Shown: piece by piece, positions 55,447 to 64,000 of the stretch
How the letters are laid out: every line of letters begins with the position of its first letter
How positions within the stretch are numbered: the first letter of the stretch is position 1
Source: Elusimicrobia bacterium HGW-Elusimicrobia-1
GTDB lineage: Bacteria > Elusimicrobiota > Endomicrobiia > PHAN01
Direction of reading: 5' to 3'
DNA: 64,000 nt
Assembly (NCBI GenBank): GCA_002841695.1
Contig: PHAN01000016.1
Span: 4,024-68,023, forward strand
The notes under the pieces: generated by a model
Database searches by the model: none
Seen by the model: the letters and a program-made list of their open reading frames with translations, nothing else
Told to the model about the DNA's origin: nothing
Made by a program: the position numbers and the translations under genes

Positions 55447-56193
55447 ATGAAAAAACGAACGATACTCGTGACCAACGACGACGGCATTCACGGCGCCGGT
55501 TTGCGGCCTTTGGTGTCCGAACTTAAAAAAATAGGCAGGGTAATAGCCATCGTTCCTGATCAGGAACGCTCCGGCATGAGCCATTCCATAACCCTGCATA
55601 AACCGTTATGGATAAGAAAGGTCGATGACGATTTTTATATGACCACGGGAACTCCCGTCGACTGCGTGCGATTTTCGATACTGCATATGTTCAAGAAAAA
55701 AATCGACATGGTCGTTTCGGGCATAAACACGGGGCCGAATCTGGGCGAGGACGTCATATACTCCGGCACCGTCGCCGGCGCCCGCGAAGGAGCGCTTCTG
55801 GGCAAACCGTCGCTGGCGGTATCTCTGTCTGATCTCGGCAATATCAATTTCCGCGACGCGGCGATATTCGCGAGGCATTTGGCCGAAAAAGTTTTCGCCC
55901 AAGGCATTCCTGACGATATTTATCTGAATGTGAACTATCCCAAAGTGAAGCGGGGGGTGGAAGTTACCACCCTGGGCAAGCGGGTTTACGACGAGAAAAT
56001 ATTGACTCGCCGCGATCCGCGCGGCGGAACTTATTTCTGGCTGTCCGGCAAGATACTCAAAAGCAAGTTCGTAAAAGGCACCGACACCGGAGCCGTCGAT
56101 CGCGGCCGCGTTTCCATCACGCCTCTGCGCATTGAGACGGCGAATCCCGCAATATACGGCGAAACCGCAAAGTGGCTGAAAGATTTAAGCTGA
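55447..56193 (+). CDS. surE: 5'/3'-nucleotidase SurE
   Basis: TNDDG, GTPVDCV, SGINTGPNLG, YSGTVAGA. Confidence 0.95.
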   Translation: MKKRTILVTNDDGIHGAGLRPLVSELKKIGRVIAIVPDQERSGMSHSITLHKPLWIRKVDDDFYMTTGTPVDCVRFSILHMFKKKIDMVVSGINTGPNLGEDVIYSGTVAGAREGALLGKPSLAVSLSDLGNINFRDAAIFARHLAEKVFAQGIPDDIYLNVNYPKVKRGVEVTTLGKRVYDEKILTRRDPRGGTYFWLSGKILKSKFVKGTDTGAVDRGRVSITPLRIETANPAIYGETAKWLKDLS

Positions 56194-58199
56194 TATCGCC
56201 GTTTGCGCCCGCCGGCGACCAGCCGGGGGCTATAGACGCTCTCGCCGACGGAGTCCGTTCCGGCAAGAAGCACAACCTTTTGCTCGGCGTTACCGGCGCC
56301 GGCAAAACTTTCGTAATTGCTTCCGTCATAGAAAAACTCCAGAAACCCGCCCTGATAATCTCGCCCAATAAAATTCTGGCCGCGCAGCTTTACGCGGAAT
56401 TCAAGAAATTCTTTCCCGAAAACGCCGTAGAATATTTCATCTCGTACTACGATTACTACCAGCCCGAAGCGTATATTCCTCGGACGGATACTTTCATAGA
56501 AAAGGACTCCGCCGTCAACGAACATATCGACCGGCTCCGTCTGAAAGCCACGTCTTCGCTGATGTCGCGCAGGGACGTTATCGTAGTGGCGTCGGTATCC
56601 TGCATTTACAATCTGGGCTCTCCCGAGGACTACAAAAAATTCTCGGTTCTCGTCGAAAAAGGGGCGTCCAAGGGCATCGGGGATCTTCTGCGGGAACTTG
56701 TGGCCGTGCAGTATGCCAGAAATGATTTTGAGCCGTCCAGAGGGCATTTCCGCGTGAAAGGCGATATCGTCGACGTGTTTCCGGCATATCTGGAAACGGG
56801 CGTCAGGATTGAGTTTTTCGGCGATATCATCGAGAGCGTATCCGAAATAAATCCTCTTACCTCCGAACGTCTGCGCCCGCTTGAAAAAATCTATATATAT
56901 CCGGCCAAGCACTTTTTGACCGAGCCGCAGAAAATCTTGGACGCCGTTTCTGTAATCGAGGCCGAGCTCTCCGTGCGCGTAAAATATCTTGAGTCGATAG
57001 GAAAACTCGTCGAAGCGCAGCGTATCGCCCAGCGCACCCGTTACGATATGGAAATGCTCAAAGAGACGGGTTTTTGTCACGGCGTCGAGAACTATTCGAG
57101 GCACCTTTCGGGACGCCCGTCGGGCGCCCGCCCGGAATGCCTGATGGATTACTTCGGCGAAGATTTTCTCGTCGTAATCGATGAATCGCATCTTACGGTT
57201 CCGCAGATAAGGGGAATGCACGAAGGCGACCGCGCCCGAAAGACCACCCTTGTCGATTTCGGATTTCGTCTGCCGTCCGCGCTCGATAATCGCCCCCTGA
57301 GATTCGACGAATTCGAGTCGATGGTCAAGACCGCGCTTTACGCGAGCGCGACGCCGGGCGAATACGAAATATCACGTTCGGGATCGCCTGCCGAGCTTGT
57401 CATACGTCCGACGGGACTGGTCGATCCCGATGTGGAGATAAGGCCGTCGGAACGCCAGGTAATGGACGTCTCGTCGGAAATAGAGAAACTTTCGCCTCGC
57501 GGCCGCATCATAGTAAACACTCTTACAAAAAAAACCGCCGAGGATTTCGCCGCATGGCTCGACGAAAAGAAAATCCGCGCCAAGTATCTTCATTCCGGCA
57601 TCCCCGCTCTCGACAGAATCGCCATAATAAAAGATTTCCGTCTCGGAAAATTCGACGTTCTCGTCGGCGTGAACCTTCTGCGCGAGGGCCTGGATATGCC
57701 GGAGGTTCTCCTTGTGGCTGTGTTCGACGCCGACAAAGAAGGTTTTCTCAGGAGCGAAAGGACTCTTATACAGATAGCCGGACGCGCGGCACGGAATCTC
57801 GAAGGCAGAATAATACTCTACGCGTCTTCCGTCACGGATTCTATGCGGCGCGCGCTCGACGAAATGTCCCGCCGCCGCGTAAAGCAGCTGGAGCATAACA
57901 GAGTCCACGGAATAACACCGCGCACCATAATAAAAGCTGTCGACGATCTGGAAGAATTCGAGCGCATCGCCCGACGGGAATCGCTTGCCGTGGTTGTGGG
58001 GGAATCCGCGGCCGAATATATGTCCGGAGATAAACTGCCTTCCTACATAGCGCAGTTGGAGGAAGAAATGCTGCGCGCCGCCGACCAGCTGGATTTTGAA
58101 CTCGCCGCCGCGCTGCGCGACAAGATAGCGGAACTTAAAGAGATGTCAGCGGCGGCCGCCTTGCCTAAAAACTCCGCGCCGCGCCGGCGGAAAAAATGA
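56172..58199 (+). CDS. uvrB: Excinuclease ABC subunit B
   Basis: GVTGAGKT, SYYDYYQPEAY, DESH, GFRLPSALDNRPL, GRAARN, C-terminal UVR domain. Confidence 0.97.
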   Translation: MAERFKLISPFAPAGDQPGAIDALADGVRSGKKHNLLLGVTGAGKTFVIASVIEKLQKPALIISPNKILAAQLYAEFKKFFPENAVEYFISYYDYYQPEAYIPRTDTFIEKDSAVNEHIDRLRLKATSSLMSRRDVIVVASVSCIYNLGSPEDYKKFSVLVEKGASKGIGDLLRELVAVQYARNDFEPSRGHFRVKGDIVDVFPAYLETGVRIEFFGDIIESVSEINPLTSERLRPLEKIYIYPAKHFLTEPQKILDAVSVIEAELSVRVKYLESIGKLVEAQRIAQRTRYDMEMLKETGFCHGVENYSRHLSGRPSGARPECLMDYFGEDFLVVIDESHLTVPQIRGMHEGDRARKTTLVDFGFRLPSALDNRPLRFDEFESMVKTALYASATPGEYEISRSGSPAELVIRPTGLVDPDVEIRPSERQVMDVSSEIEKLSPRGRIIVNTLTKKTAEDFAAWLDEKKIRAKYLHSGIPALDRIAIIKDFRLGKFDVLVGVNLLREGLDMPEVLLVAVFDADKEGFLRSERTLIQIAGRAARNLEGRIILYASSVTDSMRRALDEMSRRRVKQLEHNRVHGITPRTIIKAVDDLEEFERIARRESLAVVVGESAAEYMSGDKLPSYIAQLEEEMLRAADQLDFELAAALRDKIAELKEMSAAAALPKNSAPRRRKK

Positions 58200-58214
58200 T
58201 AGAATACGTTTCGT

Positions 58215-59045
58215 ATGCGAATAAATAAAATAATTTCCGCGGCCTTGACGGAAGACAGAGCGTTCAGCGACGCCACTTGCGCGCTTTTGCCGCCCCGCGC
58301 TGCGAAAGCCGGGGCCATTGCCGTGATGACGGCCCGCGAGACAGGAGTGGTCTGCGGTCTCGGTGTCGCCGCCGGTGTTTTTCGCGCGACGTCCCGCCGC
58401 GTCCGTGTCGAAATTCTTGTCCCCGACGGAAAAAAGGTCGCGCGCGGCGAAGTACTTCTTAAAGCGCGCGGGCCGCTTCGGGCGCTTCTTGCCGCCGAAA
58501 GAACCGCTTTGAATTTCGCCGGACGGCTTTCGGGAATCGCCACGCTCACCGCGCGATTCGTCGAGGCCGCGCGCGGAACCCGCGCCCGCATATTCGACAC
58601 GCGCAAAACGACTCCGTGTCTCAGGGAACTCGAAAAGTCCGCCGTCCGGGCCGGAGGCGGCCGCAATCATCGGATGAATCTTGCGGATATGATTCTGGTC
58701 AAGGACAACCACTTGGCGGTCGTTCCGGACCCGCTCCTGTGGGTTAAAGCCGCCCGCCGTCGTCGGAAACAAATCGAAATAGAGTGCGACTCCATAACTC
58801 GGCTTCCCGCCGTCGCGGCCGCCGCGCCGGACATTATCCTGCTCGACAATATGAAGCCGCCGGTTCTGCGACGGGCGATAGCTTATATAAGGAAATTCCG
58901 CCCGTCCGCGCAAATTGAGGTGTCGGGCGGAGTGAATATTAAAACTGTCCGCGGGATAGCGCGGCTCGGACCGGACAGAATTTCCGTCGGAGCGCTCACG
59001 CATTCGGCGCCGTCGCTGGATCTGTCGCTTGAAATAAAGAGTTAA
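58215..59045 (+). CDS. nadC: Quinolinate phosphoribosyltransferase
   Basis: ERTALN, DTRKTTP, NHR, KDNH, LLDN, SGG. Confidence 0.95.
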   Translation: MRINKIISAALTEDRAFSDATCALLPPRAAKAGAIAVMTARETGVVCGLGVAAGVFRATSRRVRVEILVPDGKKVARGEVLLKARGPLRALLAAERTALNFAGRLSGIATLTARFVEAARGTRARIFDTRKTTPCLRELEKSAVRAGGGRNHRMNLADMILVKDNHLAVVPDPLLWVKAARRRRKQIEIECDSITRLPAVAAAAPDIILLDNMKPPVLRRAIAYIRKFRPSAQIEVSGGVNIKTVRGIARLGPDRISVGALTHSAPSLDLSLEIKS

Positions 59046-59058
59046 AAAATTCTCGTTT

Positions 59059-60042
59059 ATGCCGGATTCAGTCAGAAAAAAAATATTCCGCGAACTTAAA
59101 AAGGGCGCTCTGGTGTCAGGCGAAGCCCTTGCCGGGGCCATCGGCGTGTCCCGGGCGGACGTCAACAAACATATAAAAAAACTCCGTGAAATGGGCTGCG
59201 ATATTCACGCGGCCAGAAAGTCGGGCTACATTATGAAATCCGGCCCGGATAAAATCACATTCGATAATCTCGAACTGGCGCTTTCCGACGATATTCCGGG
59301 ATTGTGTTTCGTCAATCTGACCAAAACGGATTCCACGCAGACGCGCGTCAAGGCGCTGGCCGAGAAGGGCTCCGCCGAATGGCTTGTCGTTCGCGCCGGC
59401 GAGCAGACCGCCGCCTACGGCCGGCTCCGCCGCCGCTGGGAATCTTCTCCGGGCGGTCTGTGGTTCTCAGTGTTGCTCAGGCCAAATATGGCTCCGTCCG
59501 CCGCGCCCGCGTTTTCGCCCGCGTTTTCCCTTGCGGTTCGCGCGGCGGTGGAGCGCGCGAGCGGAGTTAAATGTTACGTTAAATGGCCCAACGACGTGCT
59601 TGCGAAAAACCGCTCCGGCGAGTTCGTTAAAATCGCGGGGATAATAACCGAGATATCGGCCGATTCGCAGAAAATACACTGGCTGGCCGTCGGATGCGGG
59701 CTCAATGTTTCAAACAAAGTTCCGTCGGGCGCGCTGTTCGCGGCCTCGTCTCTTCTTGAAGCGGGCGCGCCGCCGTCCGTCGAGCCCGCGCGGATTCTGG
59801 CCGGGATACTCGCGGCAGCCAAAGACGTTTACGACAGGTACTCTCGCGGCGGCTTCGCGCAGTTCGTCCGCGAGTATGACACATACAACGCCCTGGGCGG
59901 CCGCGCCGTCGCGGCGGAAACTTTCGACGGAGAGACGGAAGGCGCGGTAAAAGGCGTCGACAACGAGGGGCGGTTGATTCTTGAAACATCGTCGGGGTTA
60001 AAGACCATAACGGCGGGCGACGTCACCATCAAAAAGGCGTGA
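59059..60042 (+). CDS. birA: Bifunctional biotin ligase/repressor
   Basis: N-terminal HTH (SGEALA...VSR), QTAAYGRLRRRW, KWPND, KIAGI. Confidence 0.92.
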   Translation: MPDSVRKKIFRELKKGALVSGEALAGAIGVSRADVNKHIKKLREMGCDIHAARKSGYIMKSGPDKITFDNLELALSDDIPGLCFVNLTKTDSTQTRVKALAEKGSAEWLVVRAGEQTAAYGRLRRRWESSPGGLWFSVLLRPNMAPSAAPAFSPAFSLAVRAAVERASGVKCYVKWPNDVLAKNRSGEFVKIAGIITEISADSQKIHWLAVGCGLNVSNKVPSGALFAASSLLEAGAPPSVEPARILAGILAAAKDVYDRYSRGGFAQFVREYDTYNALGGRAVAAETFDGETEGAVKGVDNEGRLILETSSGLKTITAGDVTIKKA

Positions 60043-60089
60043 CGGCATTCCGGCTTCCGTCGCGATATTTTATAACGGAGACCAAAACA

Positions 60090-60728
60090 ATGGATGAACA
60101 CGTAATCTGGTGGAGAAAGAAAATACTTGCGCGGACGGCTAAGGCGCTGGAGGCCAACGGTTTTACCGCGGTCGCAGCCGACACGCTCAAAGATGCCGCG
60201 TCGTTTGCGGCCGATGCGGTTCCTGCCGGCTCGACGGTGGGGTTGGGCGGGTCTATGAGCGTGCGGGAACTGGGCCTGGCCGAAATGCTCTCGTCCCGCG
60301 GTCACGGCATAATAATGCCTCTTGCGGGAATGAGCCGCGAAGACGCTCTGGCCAAAAGGCGCGCGGCGCTTTCGGCGGACGTATATCTGGCGTCGCCGCA
60401 GGCGGTTACCGTCGACGGAAAACTTATTTTCGTGGACATGCACGCAAACAGGACGGCGGCCGTAAGCTTCGGGCCGTCGAAAGTGGTGCTGGTCGCGGGA
60501 TTCAACAAAATCGCCTTCGATGAGGCGGCGGGTATTTTCCGCGCCAGAAACGTCGCCGCGCCCATAAACGTAAGGCGTCTCGGGCGAAAAACCCCGTGCG
60601 CTGAAACCGGACTTTGTTCCGACTGCGACTCCGAGGGGCGTATATGCAGGGTGGTCGAGGTAATACTTAAAAAACCCGGCTCGACGGAAATATGCGTTGT
60701 TTTGTGCGCGCAAGATTTGGGCTATTGA
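60090..60728 (+). CDS. LUD-domain (LutC/YkgG-like) protein with C-terminal Cys cluster
   Basis: GLGGSMS, ANR..FGP..VAGFNKI, TPCAETGLCSDC...RIC. Confidence 0.82.
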   Translation: MDEHVIWWRKKILARTAKALEANGFTAVAADTLKDAASFAADAVPAGSTVGLGGSMSVRELGLAEMLSSRGHGIIMPLAGMSREDALAKRRAALSADVYLASPQAVTVDGKLIFVDMHANRTAAVSFGPSKVVLVAGFNKIAFDEAAGIFRARNVAAPINVRRLGRKTPCAETGLCSDCDSEGRICRVVEVILKKPGSTEICVVLCAQDLGY

Positions 60729-60729
60729 T

Positions 60730-60758
60730 TTGACACGACAAGTATAAATAAGTAGAAT
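60730..60758 (+). promoter_or_regulatory. Near-consensus sigma70 promoter for the histone gene
   Basis: TTGACA, 17 bp spacer, TAGAAT; GGAGG SD at 60812-60816. Confidence 0.75.
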
Positions 60759-60822
60759 TGTGCGCAATAGAAAAAAAATGCCGGTCGTATTCCGGTCGGC
60801 GTAAAAAACGAGGAGGCCTGCA

Positions 60823-61005
60823 ATGGCTGAAGTTCTGGTAGTGGTCAGCAAGATCAAAAAGATGGTCAAAGAGTCCGATTTGAGAACCGGCGGAGATTAC
60901 ATCGATAAGCTTTCCGAAAAAGTCGATGCCATCGTCAAGGCGTCGGTCGAAAAAGTGAAAGCCGAAGGCGGTAAAAAAACCCTCGGAGCCGAGGATATAA
61001 TCTGA
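60823..61005 (+). CDS. Bacterial histone-fold protein (Bdellovibrio Bd0055/HBb-like)
   Basis: MAEVLVVVSKIKKMVKE...LSEKV...KAEGGKKTLGAEDI matches the LVVxSKxK start and the R/K-K-T-x-x-x-x-D histone end; has its own promoter and SD. Confidence 0.85.
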   Translation: MAEVLVVVSKIKKMVKESDLRTGGDYIDKLSEKVDAIVKASVEKVKAEGGKKTLGAEDII

Positions 61006-61055
61006 AAAAGAGCCGTCCGACGGAAATCGCCGCGGGGGTAAGGCCCCCGCCGTCG

Positions 61056-62297
61056 GTGACGTTTGAAAGCGCCGCGCGGCTGATAACCTCGACCGTCCGG
61101 CGCCGGCTGCGCCCGTCGGGGGAAGTCGTGCGTCTTGAGGCCGCGCTCGGCCGCGCCGCAGCCAAAGACATCCGCGCGCGTATGCCGTCGCCGCCGTTCG
61201 ACAACTCCGCGATGGACGGATACGCCGTCCGCTCGCGCGATGTCCGTCGGGCCGTCGCGCGGCTTAAGGTCGTGGAAGTGATACCCGCGGGCAGAACGCC
61301 GTCTGAAAAAATCGGCCGTTGCGAGTGCGCCCGCATAATGACCGGCTCCCGCGCGCCCGCCGGCGCCGACGCCGTGGTAATGAGGGAAAACGCGTCGGCC
61401 GAAGCCGGCGGTTTCGTCACAATACTGCGCTCGGTCCGTCGGGGAGAAAACCTGCGCTTCGCGGGCGAGGACGTAAAAAAGGGCGCGTTGCTTATACCCA
61501 AAGGTTCGCTTCTGGGGCCCGCCGAACTTGGCCTTGCGGCCTCGCAAGGTCTTAAATCCGCGGCCGTTCTGCGGCGTCCCGTCGTAGGTTTTTTTACGAC
61601 CGGCGACGAAGTTGTAATGCCGGGCCGTCGGCTTAAATCTTCCCTGATATACAACGCCAACCGCTACACGCTGGGAGCGGCCATCGCCGAATCGGGTTGC
61701 TCGCCTCTCTACGCGGGGCATCTTTCCGACGATGAGCGTTCCGCGGCTTCCGCCATATCGTCGGCCGTCGCGCGCTGCGACGCGCTCATTACCTGCGGCG
61801 GAGTTTCCATGGGCGACTTCGATATAGTAAAAAAATCCCTGCGGCGTCTCGGCGCGAAATTTATTTTTGAAAGAATAGAAATGAAACCCGGGCGTCCGAC
61901 GGGTTTCGCGTTGTTGAGGGGCAAACCGGTTTTTACGCTTCCCGGAAACGTTGTGTCGTCTTTACTGTCCTACGAACTCTTGGTCTCGCCGCATCTTTCG
62001 CCGCACGGAAGCGGATTCGGACGTGTCTCCCGCGCCGTATCCGGTTTCACATACTCCAAAAACGATTCCCGCCGCCACTTTCTGCGGGTCAACGTGGAAA
62101 GCGACGACTCTCTCGTCCCGTCGGCGCGTTTGACCGGCGCTCAGGGTTCGGGCATTTTAAGCTCAATGTCCGGCTATGACGCGCTGGCCGTAATACTCGA
62201 AGGCCGCGTCTCTATACGGCGCGGATCGATAATTAAAATAATATCCCGCCGCCCGAAATTATCCCGAACCGTTACCACGCGCGGTTCCCGCAGGTGA
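61056..62297 (+). CDS. moeA: Molybdopterin molybdotransferase
   Basis: PPFDNSAMDGYAV, IMTG..P.GADAV, TGDE, GGVSMGDFD, KPGRP, LPGN. Confidence 0.93.
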   Translation: MTFESAARLITSTVRRRLRPSGEVVRLEAALGRAAAKDIRARMPSPPFDNSAMDGYAVRSRDVRRAVARLKVVEVIPAGRTPSEKIGRCECARIMTGSRAPAGADAVVMRENASAEAGGFVTILRSVRRGENLRFAGEDVKKGALLIPKGSLLGPAELGLAASQGLKSAAVLRRPVVGFFTTGDEVVMPGRRLKSSLIYNANRYTLGAAIAESGCSPLYAGHLSDDERSAASAISSAVARCDALITCGGVSMGDFDIVKKSLRRLGAKFIFERIEMKPGRPTGFALLRGKPVFTLPGNVVSSLLSYELLVSPHLSPHGSGFGRVSRAVSGFTYSKNDSRRHFLRVNVESDDSLVPSARLTGAQGSGILSSMSGYDALAVILEGRVSIRRGSIIKIISRRPKLSRTVTTRGSRR

Positions 62298-62668
62298 AAA
62301 CAAAATTCAATATCTTCGACGCCCTGCTGGCCGTCGTTCTGGCCGCGGCGGCGTTTTTTTTATTTTTTTACGGAAGCGCGCGCTGGTCGGGAGGGCGGTC
62401 CGGCGGTCTTTTTGTCAGGGTGTTGTCCGGATCCGACGAAATCCGCTCCGCTCCTCTTGACGTTGACCGTATAATAAAAATCCGCGACGGCTTTACCGTC
62501 AAAATAGAAAAATCGCGGGTTTCCGTGCTTTCGTCCGACTGCCCCAAAAAAATTTGCGAGCATTCGGGAAGCATCTCCCGCGCCGGAGATTCTATCGTAT
62601 GCGCGCCGAATAAAATCGCCGTGACAATAGTCGCGAAAGACATAAATTATGACGCAGTCACAAAATAA
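62294..62668 (+). CDS. NusG domain II-containing membrane protein
   Basis: N-terminal TM; SDCPKKICEHSG.I...GDSIVCAPNK. Confidence 0.85.
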   Translation: MKTKFNIFDALLAVVLAAAAFFLFFYGSARWSGGRSGGLFVRVLSGSDEIRSAPLDVDRIIKIRDGFTVKIEKSRVSVLSSDCPKKICEHSGSISRAGDSIVCAPNKIAVTIVAKDINYDAVTK

Positions 62669-63686
62669 GCCATTGTCGTCCGACGACAAAATCATCAATC
62701 TGGCCGCCGCCGGCGCCGCCATTCAGGCGGCCGAGTCGCTCATCCCCCTGCCCGTCCCGGGGGTAAAGCCGGGGCTTGCCAACGTCGCCACGCTGTCGGC
62801 CATAGAGGGGATGAACTTTGCCGACGCGTTTCTTGTCGCGCTGTGCCGTCCCGTGGCCGCGTCTTTTCTGACCGGCACATTTTTATCGCCCGCTTTCATA
62901 ATAAGTTTCGCGGCCTCGCCCGCCTCTTTTCTGGCGATGTCCCTGGCCGCCCGCGCCGGCGTTTTTTCGACTTACGGCGTCAGTATGGCCGGAGCCGTGG
63001 CGCACAACGCCGCGCAGCTTGCCGCGGTATATTTTTTGTTCGCCGGCGCGCTGAACATCTTCCGGCTGCTTCCGCTGCTCGTGATTGCGGGGGCGGTCAG
63101 CGGCGTGTTGACGGGCGCCGTTGCCGCGGCGGTCTTTTCGCGTTCCCGCGACGGCGAACCGGCGGAAGCGCGCGGAACGCCGTCGGAGGCGGCGGCCGCG
63201 CCGCCGGTTTCCTGGCGACGGCTTGCCGCCGCGCTGACGATTGTCGCGGTAAGTTTTTTTGTCGACAGGTGGGACGCGCTTGCCGCCGCCGGCGCGCTGT
63301 TCGTGCCGGCGGTATTTATAGGCGGTGGAATTGGCCTGTCGCGGCGCTATGCGCGATTCGCTCCGGCCGCCGCGGTTTTTTTCGCGCTGCCGTATTTATT
63401 GGGATCGGGTCTTTCGGTCGCCCTGACTTCGGGATTAAGAATAATTCTGGTTTTTCAGGCGTCCGCGTGGCTGTTTAAAAAAAACCCCGCCGGCTCTCTG
63501 CCCGAGATAAAAAATCGCGCGTTTGCAATATTTCCGTTGAGCGCATTCGCAAGGGCTTGGCGGATAACGGGGCGGGCGATATCGCTTGCCCCCGACGTCG
63601 CATCCGCGCTTGCCGCGGGAGATTCCGGGCCGGACAAAGAGGGATTTTTTCGACGGGCGGCTAAAATTCTTTCCGTGGGACGCTGA
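62649..63686 (+). CDS. Gx transporter-family (ECF S-component-like) protein with a C-terminal membrane extension
   Basis: ESLIPLPVPGVKPGLAN, GVSMAGAVAHNAAQL. Confidence 0.78.
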   Translation: MTQSQNKPLSSDDKIINLAAAGAAIQAAESLIPLPVPGVKPGLANVATLSAIEGMNFADAFLVALCRPVAASFLTGTFLSPAFIISFAASPASFLAMSLAARAGVFSTYGVSMAGAVAHNAAQLAAVYFLFAGALNIFRLLPLLVIAGAVSGVLTGAVAAAVFSRSRDGEPAEARGTPSEAAAAPPVSWRRLAAALTIVAVSFFVDRWDALAAAGALFVPAVFIGGGIGLSRRYARFAPAAAVFFALPYLLGSGLSVALTSGLRIILVFQASAWLFKKNPAGSLPEIKNRAFAIFPLSAFARAWRITGRAISLAPDVASALAAGDSGPDKEGFFRRAAKILSVGR

Positions 63687-63703
63687 TTCCGCCCGCCATT
63701 TCT

Positions 63704-64000
63704 TCAGTAGGTAAAAGGGATTGTTTTGAGCCCCGCAGTTTTGTGTATCCCGCCCCGTTTATCGACGATAACGCATTCCGCGCCTTCGATTTTTTCTATC
63801 AGCGCGATACCGCGTTTCGCCCCCAGCACGAACACAGCCGTCGACAGAGCGTCGGCGGTAAGGCAGTCGTCGGCGATTATACTGACCGATATTACGCCCT
63901 CGGCGGGAAAACCCGTGAACGGGTCGATGATATGATGGTACCTGCGTCCGTCGAGTTCCCTGAATCTTTCGTAGTCGCCGCTGGTCGCCACCGCCTTGTC
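63704..64000 (-). CDS. apbE: FAD:protein FMN transferase, 3' part (continues past the window end)
   Basis: ATSGDYER, RYHHIIDP.TG.P, ADALSTA. Confidence 0.92.
   Translation of the reverse strand, partial: DKAVATSGDYERFRELDGRRYHHIIDPFTGFPAEGVISVSIIADDCLTADALSTAVFVLGAKRGIALIEKIEGAECVIVDKRGGIHKTAGLKTIPFTY

Overview
A gene-dense bacterial chromosomal segment with essentially every gene on the + strand. The content suggests Elusimicrobiota or a similar uncultured diderm lineage (inference from the histone, the PorV-like barrel and the Ig-tailed secreted protein). The first ~37 kb looks like one co-oriented superlocus for using DNA and nucleic acids as food. It holds the tail of a sugar-phosphate-utilisation-type microcompartment locus (encapsulation peptide + flavoprotein + Cys cluster + DeoC fusion, a BMC-H shell protein, a small encapsulation-peptide protein), PilT, a DnaA paralog lacking its DNA-binding domain, a GAF sensor, transketolase, DeoB, three nucleoside phosphorylases, three deaminases, several kinases, a dGTPase, two phosphate transporters, a RecJ with an inserted DnaQ-type exonuclease, a DHH phosphoesterase, and an exported nuclease module (PLD nuclease, PorV-like barrel, two ComEC-type MBL hydrolases, DUF3006). 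The rest is mostly housekeeping: hinT-rpsU-nif3-dnaG-rpoD, two tRNAs, an unusual RNase P RNA, mraZ-murG, surE, uvrB, nadC, birA, a Bd0055-like bacterial histone, moeA and a NusG-II/Gx/ApbE group. Three small repeat families lie mostly between genes. All calls rest on motif recognition by eye; no database searches were run.
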